Shown here: piece after piece, positions 39,499-50,114 of the stretch
Layout: each line of letters opens with the position of its first letter
How positions within the stretch are numbered: position 1 is the first letter of the stretch
NCBI GenBank assembly: GCA_965212055.1
Contig: OZ243041.1
Coordinates: forward strand, 736,001-800,000
DNA length: 64,000 nt
Reading direction: 5' to 3'
DNA from: Fidelibacterota bacterium
GTDB taxonomy: Bacteria; Fidelibacterota; Marinisomatia; Marinisomatales; Marinisomataceae
The notes under the pieces: generated by a model
What the model was told of the DNA's origin: nothing
What the model saw: the letters and a program-made list of their open reading frames with translations, nothing else
Database searches by the model: none
Made by a program: the position numbers and the translations under genes

Positions 39499-41262
39499 TT
39501 ATTCTGTAAATAATACTAATTTTTGTCCAGGATAAATAGCAGAACTTCCTGGATTCATTTGATTCCATTCTCTAATCTTTTTTGCGCTGGTATTATATTT
39601 TTCAGCAATATATCCAAGTTGATCTCCAGATTTGACAGTATAAACAATTCTAGCTGACATATTACTGGATTGATCTATATTTTTACCGACAAACAATACT
39701 AATTTCTGTCCAATACTTATCAAATGATTGTTTGGATTCATTTTATTCCATTTTCTAATCTCACTTGCTCTTGTATTATATTTCTCAGCAATAGCTCCAA
39801 GTGTATCACCTTTCTTAACGGTATAACTAATCTTCTCAGGATAGTTAGAATAAATTCCACCTTTTACTGGAATTTTTAATCTTTGTCCTATGCTTAATCG
39901 ATCATTTTTTAGATTGTTAATTGTCATTAAATCTGAAATCAAAACACGATATTTTGACGCAATCGTTGATAGATTTTCACCCTTTTTTACACGATGTTCT
40001 ACTTTTTGAGTAGCAAATCTTTCTGTTTCTGGCAATGCATTAAATGTCTTATAAAACTTATCTTTTTTTCCATAAGGGATTCTCAATATATAATCTCCAT
40101 TTGAAGGTGTTGCGGACTGTCTTAATTCAGGATTTAAATATTTGATAGTACTTGTTTTTGTTTCTGCAGATTTTGCAATAACAGCCAAATCGGCACTTTT
40201 TTGAATAACAACTTCATCATATTTAAGTGGGTTGGATTTTGGAATCTTAAATCCATATTTCTCTGGATTCTTTAAAATAATTGCAGAAGATAGAAAATAT
40301 GGTATATAGTTTTTGGTATCTTTAGGCAATGAATATAATTGCCAATAATCTAAGGTTTCATGAAGATTTACCGCACGATTAACTCTTCCTGGACCAGTAT
40401 TGTATGCAGCTAATACCAAATACCAATCTTCAAACTCTTTGTACAAATCTTTAAAATATTTAACTGCTGCTTCTGTGGATTTAAAAATATCTTGACGTTC
40501 ATCAACATACCAAGTTCTTTCCAATCCATATTGTTTTCCTGTTGAATACATAAATTGCCATAATCCTACTGCTTTTGCTCTAGATACTGCTTTTGGATCA
40601 AGACCTGACTCAATTATAGAGACAACAATTAATTCTTCAGGAAGATTATTTTCTTCTAAGATTGGCAATATTATATCCTTGTATTGTACATATCTCCTAA
40701 GCCAAATATTAAATCCTTTCCTACCTTTGCCTTGAAAATATCTAATATAACTTTCTACTTGAGAATTAGTAACTATTGGAATATGCCCTTCTCGATCATC
40801 AAGAATGGTGAATTTTGTTGTTCCCATTTCAACTGATTCATTTTCATCTGCCATCTCTACAACTTGTTGTCGAATAAGTTCGGCATTCAATATCTGGCTA
40901 GAATTTTTCAAAGTATTGAGCGTGGTAGAATAAACTTGAATAAAATCATTTTGGAATTTTTCAAATTCAATTTTATCAAGTTCATTACGAACACCAATTT
41001 GTTCAACGTCTGATAGCAAATCAAAAATTTTCTTAATATTATATATAACTTCGATTGTATCTTGATTGATATCTGCAATAACAGCATCAGAAAGAAATTG
41101 TTTTGCTTCATCCAAAATAGGTGAAATATTATTAATACTTCCAGAGAATGCAATATCGCTAGTATTCATAAATGGTTTTTTTCCATTACCATTTATCAAG
41201 TCTTGGGCAGAAATATTTGTAACCAAAACTATTACTAAAAAGTATAATTTAAATTTCTTCAT
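39499..41262 (-). CDS. mltD: Lytic murein transglycosylase MltD-like (SLT plus three LysM)
   Basis: IESG, AVGLWQFM, AAYNTG, LNPEL; three LysM repeats. Signal peptide from ATG 41262. Confidence 0.88.
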   Translation of the reverse strand: MKKFKLYFLVIVLVTNISAQDLINGNGKKPFMNTSDIAFSGSINNISPILDEAKQFLSDAVIADINQDTIEVIYNIKKIFDLLSDVEQIGVRNELDKIEFEKFQNDFIQVYSTTLNTLKNSSQILNAELIRQQVVEMADENESVEMGTTKFTILDDREGHIPIVTNSQVESYIRYFQGKGRKGFNIWLRRYVQYKDIILPILEENNLPEELIVVSIIESGLDPKAVSRAKAVGLWQFMYSTGKQYGLERTWYVDERQDIFKSTEAAVKYFKDLYKEFEDWYLVLAAYNTGPGRVNRAVNLHETLDYWQLYSLPKDTKNYIPYFLSSAIILKNPEKYGFKIPKSNPLKYDEVVIQKSADLAVIAKSAETKTSTIKYLNPELRQSATPSNGDYILRIPYGKKDKFYKTFNALPETERFATQKVEHRVKKGENLSTIASKYRVLISDLMTINNLKNDRLSIGQRLKIPVKGGIYSNYPEKISYTVKKGDTLGAIAEKYNTRASEIRKWNKMNPNNHLISIGQKLVLFVGKNIDQSSNMSARIVYTVKSGDQLGYIAEKYNTSAKKIREWNQMNPGSSAIYPGQKLVLFTE

Positions 41263-41302
41263 AAAACTTGCCAAATTATATTGAAACTCGATGACAATCA
41301 AG

Positions 41303-41773
41303 TTAGTGTTTTTTTATTTGATTAATATAATGAGTAGAACTATGTCCCGGATGAAAATCTAATATTTCTACTTTTCCTCCACTTTTTATTACCTCTCGAG
41401 CACCAACAACGTCTTCAATTGTATAATCTCCACCTTTTACTAGAACATCTGGCATAATTGATTTAATTAGATTAAGCGGAGTTTGTTCCTCGAAACTGAT
41501 TACATAATCAACAACTTTTAATTCTGATAATATAAGTCCTCTATCTTCAAGTTTATTAATTGGTCTAGAAGGACCTTTCAATTCTTTAACTGAATTATCT
41601 GAATTGATTCCTATCACCAATATATCACCGAGCATACTTGCTTCACTTAAATATCGTGTATGCCCAACATGCAAGATATCAAATACTCCATTTGTAAATA
41701 CTATTTTCTGAGAATTTTTTTTACAATCTCTTATTTTGGTAATTACACTCTTTAGTTGATAATTATGATTCAT
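41303..41773 (-). CDS. ADP-heptose synthase adenylyltransferase domain (RfaE domain II / HldC-like)
   Basis: VFTNGVFDILHVGH, NSDNSV..LKGPSRP, PDVLVKGGDY; ATG 41773 preferred. Confidence 0.88.
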   Translation of the reverse strand: MNHNYQLKSVITKIRDCKKNSQKIVFTNGVFDILHVGHTRYLSEASMLGDILVIGINSDNSVKELKGPSRPINKLEDRGLILSELKVVDYVISFEEQTPLNLIKSIMPDVLVKGGDYTIEDVVGAREVIKSGGKVEILDFHPGHSSTHYINQIKKH

Positions 41774-42470
41774 TGTTTTGTAATTTAATAATCTCTTTTT
41801 TAATAGAATTAGTAATATTTTTGCGATCTTCATATTGTTTATTTTCTGTAATAATAGGTTTACCAAAATTGACGACTATTTTGTTAGAATTTTTTCTAAA
41901 ATTTTTTGTATTCCACCAATCAAAAGAACCCATAATATAAACTGGAATAATAGGCAATCCTGTATTAATTGATAATACAGCTGCTCCCTTCTTAAAACTT
42001 TTTAATTGATTCAAATTTGATCGTGTTCCTTCTGGAAAAACCACAACTGATCTCGGGGTATTTTTAATATCAGATTTTAATTCATCTAACGAATCAATAG
42101 CATCATTAGTATTGTCACGATTTACAAATATAGAACCTGAGATACTTAAGATTGATTTAAAGATTGGAATTCTTTCTAATTCTTTTTTTGCAACAAAAAC
42201 CAAATATTTATTTACAGCTACAAAAAGTACTGGAAAATCCATAAATGATGAATGATTCGGTGCAAAAATATAGTTTTTATTATCCTTTATATTTTTCTTT
42301 CCTCTTATTTCTAGTTGAACTCCTGAGGTTTTAATCAACATTTCTGACCATTTTATGCTATAATATTTAAAATTATTTTTATTATTTGATAGTTTGATAG
42401 AAATAATTGAACCTATACCCAAAAAGAAGGTCCAAAAAAAGACATTAAGACTAATCCAAATTCTTCTCAA
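41763..42470 (-). CDS. plsC: 1-acyl-sn-glycerol-3-phosphate acyltransferase
   Basis: NHSSFMD, AKKEL, FPEGTRS, FKKGA. Confidence 0.9.
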   Translation of the reverse strand: MRRIWISLNVFFWTFFLGIGSIISIKLSNNKNNFKYYSIKWSEMLIKTSGVQLEIRGKKNIKDNKNYIFAPNHSSFMDFPVLFVAVNKYLVFVAKKELERIPIFKSILSISGSIFVNRDNTNDAIDSLDELKSDIKNTPRSVVVFPEGTRSNLNQLKSFKKGAAVLSINTGLPIIPVYIMGSFDWWNTKNFRKNSNKIVVNFGKPIITENKQYEDRKNITNSIKKEIIKLQNNES

Positions 42471-43736
42471 TTATTTAATCTCCGCTAACCCAGTATAAGG
42501 CTGCAAAGATGATGGTATGCTAATTGAACCATCTTTCGTTTGGTGTGTTTCAAGTAAAGCTGCAAGAACTCTTGGTGTTGCAAGACCAGATCCATTTAAA
42601 GTATGAACATAATTAATCTTATTATTTTCATCCCTAAATTTGATATTCCCTCTTCTGGCTTGAAAATCTTCAAAATTGCTACAAGATGAAACTTCCAACC
42701 ATTTTTTTTCTCCTGGAGCCCATACTTCTAAATCATAACACTTCGAAGCTGCAAAACTTAAATCTCCACTACATAATTCAACAATCCTATAATCTAAATC
42801 TAGCATATCTAAAATCTTTGCTGCTTGTTTAGTTAAACTTTCTAATTCTGAATATGAATCTTTAGGATGAACAAATTTTACTAATTCTACCTTGTTAAAT
42901 TGGTGTACTCTCAACAATCCCCTAGTATCTTTACCATAAGAACCTGCTTCTCTTCTAAAACAACCTGAGTATGCCAAATAATATTTTGGTAAATCAGATA
43001 AATTTAATATTTCATCTTTATGTATATTAGTCAATGGCACTTCAGCAGTAGGAATTAAGTATAAATCATCTTTTTCTATATGATACATATCTTCACCAAA
43101 TTTTGGTAACTGACCAGTTGTATTTGCAGAACTTGGTTTTACTAAGAAAGGAGGACAAATTTCAGTATAGTCATAATTTTTTAAATTATAATCTATCATA
43201 AAGTTAATAAGTGCACGCTCAAGCAAAGCTCCATTTCCTTTATATAAAGGAAAGCCTGTACCACTAATCTTTGCGCCTATTTCAAAATCTATCAAATCTA
43301 GATTTTTAACAATCTCAACGTGGCTTTTTGGTTTGAATTTTAATTCTTTTTTCGAAGAACATTCTTTGGAAATAACATTGTCAATAGGAGATTCTCCAAT
43401 TGGTACAGATTTGTGTGGCATATTTGGAATCTGAAGAAGCATATCTCTAAGTTGTTGAGACTTAGTACGTTGTTCATTTTCTAATTCTTTTATTGTATTA
43501 GATAATTTTTTTAAATCTTCAAATACTGATTTATCAGCACTCTTTTTAGATTTTAATTTTCCAATTTCTTTTGATTTTTTATTCTGTTTTGATTGAAGAT
43601 CATTAAGCTTTTTAGTCAAATCTCTAAGTTCAGAATCAGATTTAACAATATTGTCTAAACTAATAGACTTATCTTTCTTTGATAATTCTTTTGTAACAGA
43701 AGATTTATCATCACGAATTTTCTCTATGGATATCAT
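42471..43736 (-). CDS. serS: Serine--tRNA ligase
   Basis: N-terminal coiled coil, LIPTAEVP, FRREAG, RVHQF, EVSSCSN, TLNGSG. Confidence 0.98.
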   Translation of the reverse strand: MISIEKIRDDKSSVTKELSKKDKSISLDNIVKSDSELRDLTKKLNDLQSKQNKKSKEIGKLKSKKSADKSVFEDLKKLSNTIKELENEQRTKSQQLRDMLLQIPNMPHKSVPIGESPIDNVISKECSSKKELKFKPKSHVEIVKNLDLIDFEIGAKISGTGFPLYKGNGALLERALINFMIDYNLKNYDYTEICPPFLVKPSSANTTGQLPKFGEDMYHIEKDDLYLIPTAEVPLTNIHKDEILNLSDLPKYYLAYSGCFRREAGSYGKDTRGLLRVHQFNKVELVKFVHPKDSYSELESLTKQAAKILDMLDLDYRIVELCSGDLSFAASKCYDLEVWAPGEKKWLEVSSCSNFEDFQARRGNIKFRDENNKINYVHTLNGSGLATPRVLAALLETHQTKDGSISIPSSLQPYTGLAEIK

Positions 43737-43739
43737 TTG

Positions 43740-44960
43740 CTATAATTTACTTAATTCTTCTACAATATTAACACTTATCGTTTCAAGTATAAAATCGTTT
43801 TCATCAATAATTTCTATCTTATAACTACCAAAATTATCAATATTAAATTGGCTAAAATAATAATCTGATATTGGATTGAAATAGAGTTTTTTATCGTACA
43901 AATATCTATCATCAATAGAAATTTTTGCAGTAAATATCTTTTTTTCTAAGTCAATGCGATTTGAGAATCCATAAATAAATACTTTATCATTTATTTTATG
44001 ATGTTCGCTCCCTAAAAAAAAATTGTAACGTAATTTCTTATTTTCTAATGCCCACTTCAAAGATTTATCAAAATAATCATTTTTTTCATTGAAAAAATCT
44101 TCATAAAAATTTGCATTATTAATTAGAACAGATTTAAACTGATTTTTCTCGAAAAAAGTTCTTTTTGATATATTAGCTATATCCCCTTCAGAATCAATTT
44201 CAACTCCAAAAAGTGGAGATAATTTAATTAAAGAATCAAAATTTTGATTATTACCAATAGAAAGAATTAAGGCAGTATTTTGAGAATAAATTTTTCTAAC
44301 AAATAATTCTAACCATTTATCTGATATAATATGATTTGGAAAATTATCAAAAATAACTAAATCATATTTTTTAAACCAAAAATCTTTGAAATCATGAATC
44401 CCCGTTTCGAAATCAGGTATAAAATGATCAAAATCATTTGCAACATGACTAATAATAGCCATTGAATTAAAATTCAAGTTACCACTAATAATTGCAATCT
44501 TTGGATTGTCTGACTCTAAGCTTACATTAAAGCTATACCTATTATTTGCAATATTGTCTTCAAGCTTCAAGCTAGAAACTTTGACATCGAACTTTGATTT
44601 AAAATCAATATTATCCTTTAATAAAAATGATTGGAAATAAACTTTTTGGTTAGATTTCAAACTAATCTGGTCTGAACCAATAAGATTATTGGCATTTGAA
44701 AGACTGACCTGAACAGTTTCATCTCCATTGATGTTTTGGATTTCAATATCAATATATATTGATTTTTGATCAGATCTGTTAGGATAGACAATAATATTTT
44801 TTATTGCTAAATCGGTGATTATATCCTCTGAAACTATTTCATTTTCTACTACAATATCTTTATCAATATCTGAATCATCAATAGAATTATTGATTATAGA
44901 ATCAACAAAAAATATTGTTAGCAGAATAAACAGAAATAAATAGATATTATTTTTTCTCAT
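43740..44960 (-). CDS. Hypothetical membrane-anchored protein (CARDB/Ig-like region plus alpha/beta domain)
   Basis: N-terminal TM, EDNIANN motif, YDLVIFDN; 406-aa ORF embedded in the operon. Domain call is tentative. Confidence 0.55.
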   Translation of the reverse strand: MRKNNIYLFLFILLTIFFVDSIINNSIDDSDIDKDIVVENEIVSEDIITDLAIKNIIVYPNRSDQKSIYIDIEIQNINGDETVQVSLSNANNLIGSDQISLKSNQKVYFQSFLLKDNIDFKSKFDVKVSSLKLEDNIANNRYSFNVSLESDNPKIAIISGNLNFNSMAIISHVANDFDHFIPDFETGIHDFKDFWFKKYDLVIFDNFPNHIISDKWLELFVRKIYSQNTALILSIGNNQNFDSLIKLSPLFGVEIDSEGDIANISKRTFFEKNQFKSVLINNANFYEDFFNEKNDYFDKSLKWALENKKLRYNFFLGSEHHKINDKVFIYGFSNRIDLEKKIFTAKISIDDRYLYDKKLYFNPISDYYFSQFNIDNFGSYKIEIIDENDFILETISVNIVEELSKL

Positions 44961-44962
44961 TT

Positions 44963-45943
44963 TTATAATACTATCCCTCTTGAATAAGCAGAAAAGTCTA
45001 TTCCTGTTTTAACAGACTTAGTATTTATTTTTTTCTCTCCTAAAAATGCAATCATATCTGCATTATCAGTACAATATTTTAGGGAAGGAAAAAGGATCGT
45101 TTTATCCAATTGTTTTAGTTTCTCTCTTAATCTTTTGTTTGCTGCAACTCCACCACAAATAATACCAGTATCAATTTTAAAATCATCCATAGCTTTATTT
45201 AATTTAATCACTAAAGTATCTACAATAGCTTCTTGGTAACTAGCAGCAACATCATTTGGTGAATATTTATCATTCTTTTTTATATAATTAATCAAAGCAG
45301 TTTTCAAACCACTAAAACTAAAATTATAACTTTTATGATGTATCATAGGACGAGGAAAATCAATCAACTTATGATTTCCACCTTTTGATAACTTTTCTAT
45401 CTCTGGACCACCAGGATAATCTAGACCCAATGTCTTTGATCCTTTATCAAATGCTTCTCCACATGCATCATCCAAAGTTTCTCCTAAAAGATTATATTTA
45501 GAATTAGATTGAACTATCCAAAGCTGTGTATGCCCACCTGAAACAAGTAAATTAATAAAAGGAGGTTTTATTGAATCGCCAAATTCAATAAATACAGAAT
45601 TAAGATGTGCTTCAAGATGATTAATAGGAATTATTGGAATATTCAATCCTTGAGATAATCCTTTTGCAAAAGAAACTCCAGATAATAAAGAACCCATTAA
45701 TCCTGGACCATTAGTTACAGCAATAGCATCCAAATCAGAATAGTTTAATTTAGATTCTTTTAGAACTCGTTTAGCAATTTGAGGTAAAAATTTTTCATGT
45801 TCTCTTGATGCAATTTCAGGAACAACTCCTCCATATTTCTTGTGTATATATTGGGTTTTATTATAACTGGCAAGAATTTTGTAGTTATCACAAATTGCTA
45901 CACCAGTTTCATCGCAAGATGTTTCTATTCCAAGAATAATCAA
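44963..45943 (-). CDS. tsaD: tRNA N6-adenosine threonylcarbamoyltransferase
   Basis: LGIETSCDET, GGVVPEIASREH, HLEAH, VSGGHT, CTDNA. Confidence 0.97.
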   Translation of the reverse strand: MIILGIETSCDETGVAICDNYKILASYNKTQYIHKKYGGVVPEIASREHEKFLPQIAKRVLKESKLNYSDLDAIAVTNGPGLMGSLLSGVSFAKGLSQGLNIPIIPINHLEAHLNSVFIEFGDSIKPPFINLLVSGGHTQLWIVQSNSKYNLLGETLDDACGEAFDKGSKTLGLDYPGGPEIEKLSKGGNHKLIDFPRPMIHHKSYNFSFSGLKTALINYIKKNDKYSPNDVAASYQEAIVDTLVIKLNKAMDDFKIDTGIICGGVAANKRLREKLKQLDKTILFPSLKYCTDNADMIAFLGEKKINTKSVKTGIDFSAYSRGIVL

Positions 45944-46938
45944 TTTTCTTTGATTGGTTCTTCCCTATCAACAACAAGAATTTCTAAATTATTTGGAGTC
46001 AAATTTTCCCATTTAGAAATATTATCAGGAATTTTAACACTAGGAGAATAAAACTGTTTTTCAACATTCCAATCTTTAAAATCAATTGTAACTAAAATAT
46101 CTTCAGGAAGAATATTTGCAACCGCATCGAGTCCTCCAACTACAGTTAAAGATACTTGATTAGGTTTCACAAAAACCTCAACATCATCTGGTTTATTAAG
46201 AAGTTGTACTGGGATACTTGTAACATTTTCTTCGGTAATAGGCTGAATATTAATATATCCTTGAACTTTCTTTGGATCAAAATCAACTAATTTATTTGGA
46301 TTAATAATTGATAATTCTGCCTCTATTGATGCCATTAGGTTTAATAAAGTATCTTTTTGAGTTTTCACAAATTTAATACTATTGACAATTTCTTGCGGTC
46401 CACCGATATTAATAGAGTTTGGAACAAAACTTTCATCGCCAACTTGTATATATCCTGATTCTGTTGAAATAAATACTTGTGATTGAATTGGTACTTTTTT
46501 TACCAAATATTGATCTAAATTAATCACAATATTTTTTGGAGAAACAACTTCTACGAATTGTAAACCCAAAGAAACTGGTAAAACTATCTTTGTTGGATTA
46601 TCTCGATAATATTCATTTAAATTAAAATTATATTGATCAGCAATACTACTTAAATCAATAATTGCTTTATAATCATCATAGAAATTTTTAAACAATGCAA
46701 GCCATATAAATGATCTACCAGATCCTCTGATTGTAACAATAATATCCTTTGGAACTTCTTCTTTATATGTTTTTTGTTCTTGTAAATTTCTTGCAACCAG
46801 AGGAATTTTTTGTGTTACCAGATAATCATCTTCACTCTTAATAAAAAACCAGAAAATAAATGCTATAAGAACAGAATAAGATATTCTTCTTAATTGAGGT
46901 ACGTTAGTATCTTTTGATTTGGGTGTATTAATCTTCAT
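45940..46938 (-). CDS. YbbR/CdaR-like domain protein
   Basis: N-terminal TM ending FWFFIK, repeated beta-rich units (VTIRGSG, KKVPI, INIGGP, VKPNQVSLTVVG). Confidence 0.7.
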   Translation of the reverse strand: MKINTPKSKDTNVPQLRRISYSVLIAFIFWFFIKSEDDYLVTQKIPLVARNLQEQKTYKEEVPKDIIVTIRGSGRSFIWLALFKNFYDDYKAIIDLSSIADQYNFNLNEYYRDNPTKIVLPVSLGLQFVEVVSPKNIVINLDQYLVKKVPIQSQVFISTESGYIQVGDESFVPNSINIGGPQEIVNSIKFVKTQKDTLLNLMASIEAELSIINPNKLVDFDPKKVQGYINIQPITEENVTSIPVQLLNKPDDVEVFVKPNQVSLTVVGGLDAVANILPEDILVTIDFKDWNVEKQFYSPSVKIPDNISKWENLTPNNLEILVVDREEPIKEN

Positions 46939-48676
46939 CAGGTTGATTAAGCATCAAGATAACTTTTTTATCTTTTTCTTCAACTTCAACAACTAGTAAA
47001 TCAACAAGTTCCCCTTGCTTGATTGATGATAAGTAATTTTTTCTTAATTTTTTTGAAATCTTATCTACTGGAACAAAACCTTCAATATCATTCTCAAGAC
47101 TAATAACCATTCCAGAATCGGTTAAATTATTAAAAGTTCCTTTAATTTCTTGTCCAGACAAATACTGTTTTTTTATTTCAGGCCAAGGATTCTCTGTCAT
47201 TTGTTTCATACCTAAGAATATTTTTCTATCCTTATCTGAAATTTCTAATATAATTAATTCAACATTATCCTCTTTTTTAACAAATTCTTTTGCATGAGCA
47301 ATATTTTTTGTCCAGTGAAAATCTGTATTTCTTATAAAGCCTTCAATGTTGTCTCCCAAATTAACATATGCACCAAATTTGGTAATATTATTAATTGATC
47401 CTTTAACTTTATCATTGATAGCAAATTGAGATGATACATTCTTCCATGGATCTTCTGTTAATTGTTTAATACCAAGACTAATTTTTTGATCTTCAATATC
47501 AATAGATAATATCTTTGATTCTAACATATCTCCTGTGTTGTATTGTTCAGATAAATTTTCAATATTTTTATTCCATGAAATTTCTGATATGTGCACTAAT
47601 CCTTCTACACCTTTTTCAATTTCAACAAAAATACCGTAGTTCATAATGCTCACAATTTTACCTGATATAATATCACCAACATTATGTTGATCAGGAATTA
47701 ATTTCCAGGGGTTATCAGTCAATTGTTTGATACCAAGAGAAATTCTTGATGTTTCTTTATTATAATCAATAACTTGTACGTCAACTTTGTCTCCAACTGA
47801 TACAACTTCAGATGGATGATTAATTCTTCCCCATGAAAAATCAGTAATATGTATTAACCCATCTATACCACCTAAATCAATAAAAGCACCAAAATCGGTA
47901 ATATTTTTAACTATACCAGAGATTCTTCCATCAACTTTAATTTGATCCATAATTTCTTGTCTTTTTTCATTTAAAGATTCTTGAAGTATAGCTTTTCTTG
48001 AGACAACAAGATTTTTTCTTAATTCATCAACTTTTACAATCTGAAAATCAAATTCTTTATTTAAAAAATCATCAAAATTCTTTACCGGCTGAACATCAAC
48101 TTGAGATCCAGGGAGAAAAGCCTGGATTACATCAAGATCAACTACAAGACCACCTTTAACTCTTTTAATAATTTTTCCTTTAACAGGTTTGGCATTATCA
48201 CAAAATTCTCTTAGCTGATCCCATCTTTTAATAAAATCAGCTTTATATTTTGAAAGCGTTATATTTCCATCAGTATCTTCAAATTTTTCAAGAAAAATAT
48301 CAATCTGAGAACCAATCTCAGGTAAGTCTTTATTATTAAATTCTGATCTGTTAATTAGTCCCTCAGATTTAAAACCTATATCAACCATAATATCATTTTC
48401 ACTAATTCCAATTACTTTTGCTGATATAATTTGATTTTCAGAGATATCTTTAAAAGTATTTTCATATTCACTTAAACCAGATTTGTCTAAACTACCAACT
48501 TCTTCATCATCTTCTTTACCAGAAATTATTTTTATATCACTAAATAAATCTTTACTTAGATAATCTTTAATCTTTTTAGTGGTAGTTTCTTTGATTTCTA
48601 CTAAATCACTATCAACATCTGCAACCAGTTCTTCTGTTTTCACATCTTCTAGGTTTTGATCTAACTTTTCATTCAT
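46928..48676 (-). CDS. rpsA: 30S ribosomal protein S1
   Basis: VDIGFKSEG, AFLPGSQVD, FGAFIDLGGIDGLIHI; six S1 repeats. Confidence 0.96.
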   Translation of the reverse strand: MNEKLDQNLEDVKTEELVADVDSDLVEIKETTTKKIKDYLSKDLFSDIKIISGKEDDEEVGSLDKSGLSEYENTFKDISENQIISAKVIGISENDIMVDIGFKSEGLINRSEFNNKDLPEIGSQIDIFLEKFEDTDGNITLSKYKADFIKRWDQLREFCDNAKPVKGKIIKRVKGGLVVDLDVIQAFLPGSQVDVQPVKNFDDFLNKEFDFQIVKVDELRKNLVVSRKAILQESLNEKRQEIMDQIKVDGRISGIVKNITDFGAFIDLGGIDGLIHITDFSWGRINHPSEVVSVGDKVDVQVIDYNKETSRISLGIKQLTDNPWKLIPDQHNVGDIISGKIVSIMNYGIFVEIEKGVEGLVHISEISWNKNIENLSEQYNTGDMLESKILSIDIEDQKISLGIKQLTEDPWKNVSSQFAINDKVKGSINNITKFGAYVNLGDNIEGFIRNTDFHWTKNIAHAKEFVKKEDNVELIILEISDKDRKIFLGMKQMTENPWPEIKKQYLSGQEIKGTFNNLTDSGMVISLENDIEGFVPVDKISKKLRKNYLSSIKQGELVDLLVVEVEEKDKKVILMLNQPDED

Positions 48677-48682
48677 ATTTTT

Positions 48683-49342
48683 TTATACTCTTTCAATATA
48701 TTTATATATACTCTCTATTTGTTCATCAATACTACAATTTGATGTATCAATTACTATTGCATCCTCTGCTTTCTTCAGAGGAGAAAGCTTTCTACCTTTA
48801 TCATGTTTATCACGTTTTATTAAATCATTTTTAATGTCAGATAAATCAAGTTTTTCGTTAACATTATCAAAATCTTTTAATCGTCTTTCTGCTCTAATAT
48901 CATAGTCCGCCACCAAAAAGAATTTATATTCTGCATTTGGAAAAACTACAGTACCAATATCTCTTCCTTCAACAACAAAATCACCATTGCTTACAATCTC
49001 TTTTTGTATTCTAACCATTTTTTTTCTCACATCCTCTAAGGCACTGACTTGACTAACCTTATGAGTTACTGCTTTTTTTCTAATATCTTGGCTAATGTCT
49101 TCTCCATCCAACACAATTTTAGTTGGACGATCAATCGGAAAACTAACATCCAACTTTAAAGTATCAAGAGAACTAATTACCATATCTTTTGATTCAATAT
49201 CAATTTGATGCTGAATAAAAAAATAAGTTATCGCTCGATACATAGCACCAGTATCTAGATATCTAAACCCTAACTTTTTTGCCAGTTTTTTAGCAGTTGT
49301 TGTTTTTCCAACTCCTGCAGCTCCATCAATAGTTATAACCAT
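48683..49342 (-). CDS. cmk: Cytidylate kinase
   Basis: IDGAAGVGKTT, YLDTGAMYR, EGRDIGTVVFP. Confidence 0.97.
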   Translation of the reverse strand: MVITIDGAAGVGKTTTAKKLAKKLGFRYLDTGAMYRAITYFFIQHQIDIESKDMVISSLDTLKLDVSFPIDRPTKIVLDGEDISQDIRKKAVTHKVSQVSALEDVRKKMVRIQKEIVSNGDFVVEGRDIGTVVFPNAEYKFFLVADYDIRAERRLKDFDNVNEKLDLSDIKNDLIKRDKHDKGRKLSPLKKAEDAIVIDTSNCSIDEQIESIYKYIERV

Positions 49343-49400
49343 AAAATTGCTCAGAAAGTTAGTCTTACTTTAAATAAATGCCAACATTTTTAAAATGTTC

Positions 49401-50114
49401 TCATTTTAGACGAACTTTTTTGAAATATTCTTTTTCTTTTTTTGTTAATTCTCTCCAAAAACCTTCCTTTAAATCTCCTAAAGCAATATCTCCAAACTTA
49501 ACTCTTTTTAAAGAAAGTAATTTTATATTGGAAAACTTTAATATTCTCCTAATTTCATTCTTTTTTCCCTGTCTTAAGATCATTTTAATATGAAATTTAT
49601 TTTTCACTTTTTTCTGAGACAATATTTCTGCTTTTCCTTTCTCTCCAGACCCAATAAAAATACCCTTTTTAATCTTTTTCACTTGTGATTCTTGTATTCG
49701 CGTTGTTGTTTCAGCAATATATTCTTTAGAAACTTTATTTTTTGGATGTGTTAAAAATTGAGATAGATTCCCATCACTAGTTAACAAAATTATACCCGTT
49801 GTATTTTTATCTAATCTTCCAATATAATTGAGAGTAAATTTCTTTGGAATTAAATCAAAGATTGTTTTTCTATCTAATTCATCACTTCTAGAACAAATGA
49901 ATCCTTTTGGTTTATGGAGTACAATTGTTTCAGATTTTCTTCTGAACTTGATTTTTTGTCCATCAAGTCTCACTATATCTTTTTCAGGATTTATATAGAC
50001 AAAAGGATCCATCTCAACAATATTGTTTACTGTAACAAGGGCTGATTTTATAGACTCTTGGGATTTTCTCCTAGATAAAAGACCAGAAGAAGCAACAAAT
50101 TTAAATAATTTCAC
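49401..50114 (-). CDS. rRNA pseudouridine synthase (RluB/RsuA family)
   Basis: S4 domain with SRRK, HKPKG, GRLD, LLTSDG. Confidence 0.88.
   Translation of the reverse strand: MKLFKFVASSGLLSRRKSQESIKSALVTVNNIVEMDPFVYINPEKDIVRLDGQKIKFRRKSETIVLHKPKGFICSRSDELDRKTIFDLIPKKFTLNYIGRLDKNTTGIILLTSDGNLSQFLTHPKNKVSKEYIAETTTRIQESQVKKIKKGIFIGSGEKGKAEILSQKKVKNKFHIKMILRQGKKNEIRRILKFSNIKLLSLKRVKFGDIALGDLKEGFWRELTKKEKEYFKKVRLK

Noticed and set aside
39499..40000. Repeated sequence blocks as a CRISPR or tandem array
   Set aside because: They are three degenerate LysM domains of MltD; no identical repeats with unique spacers anywhere in the window.
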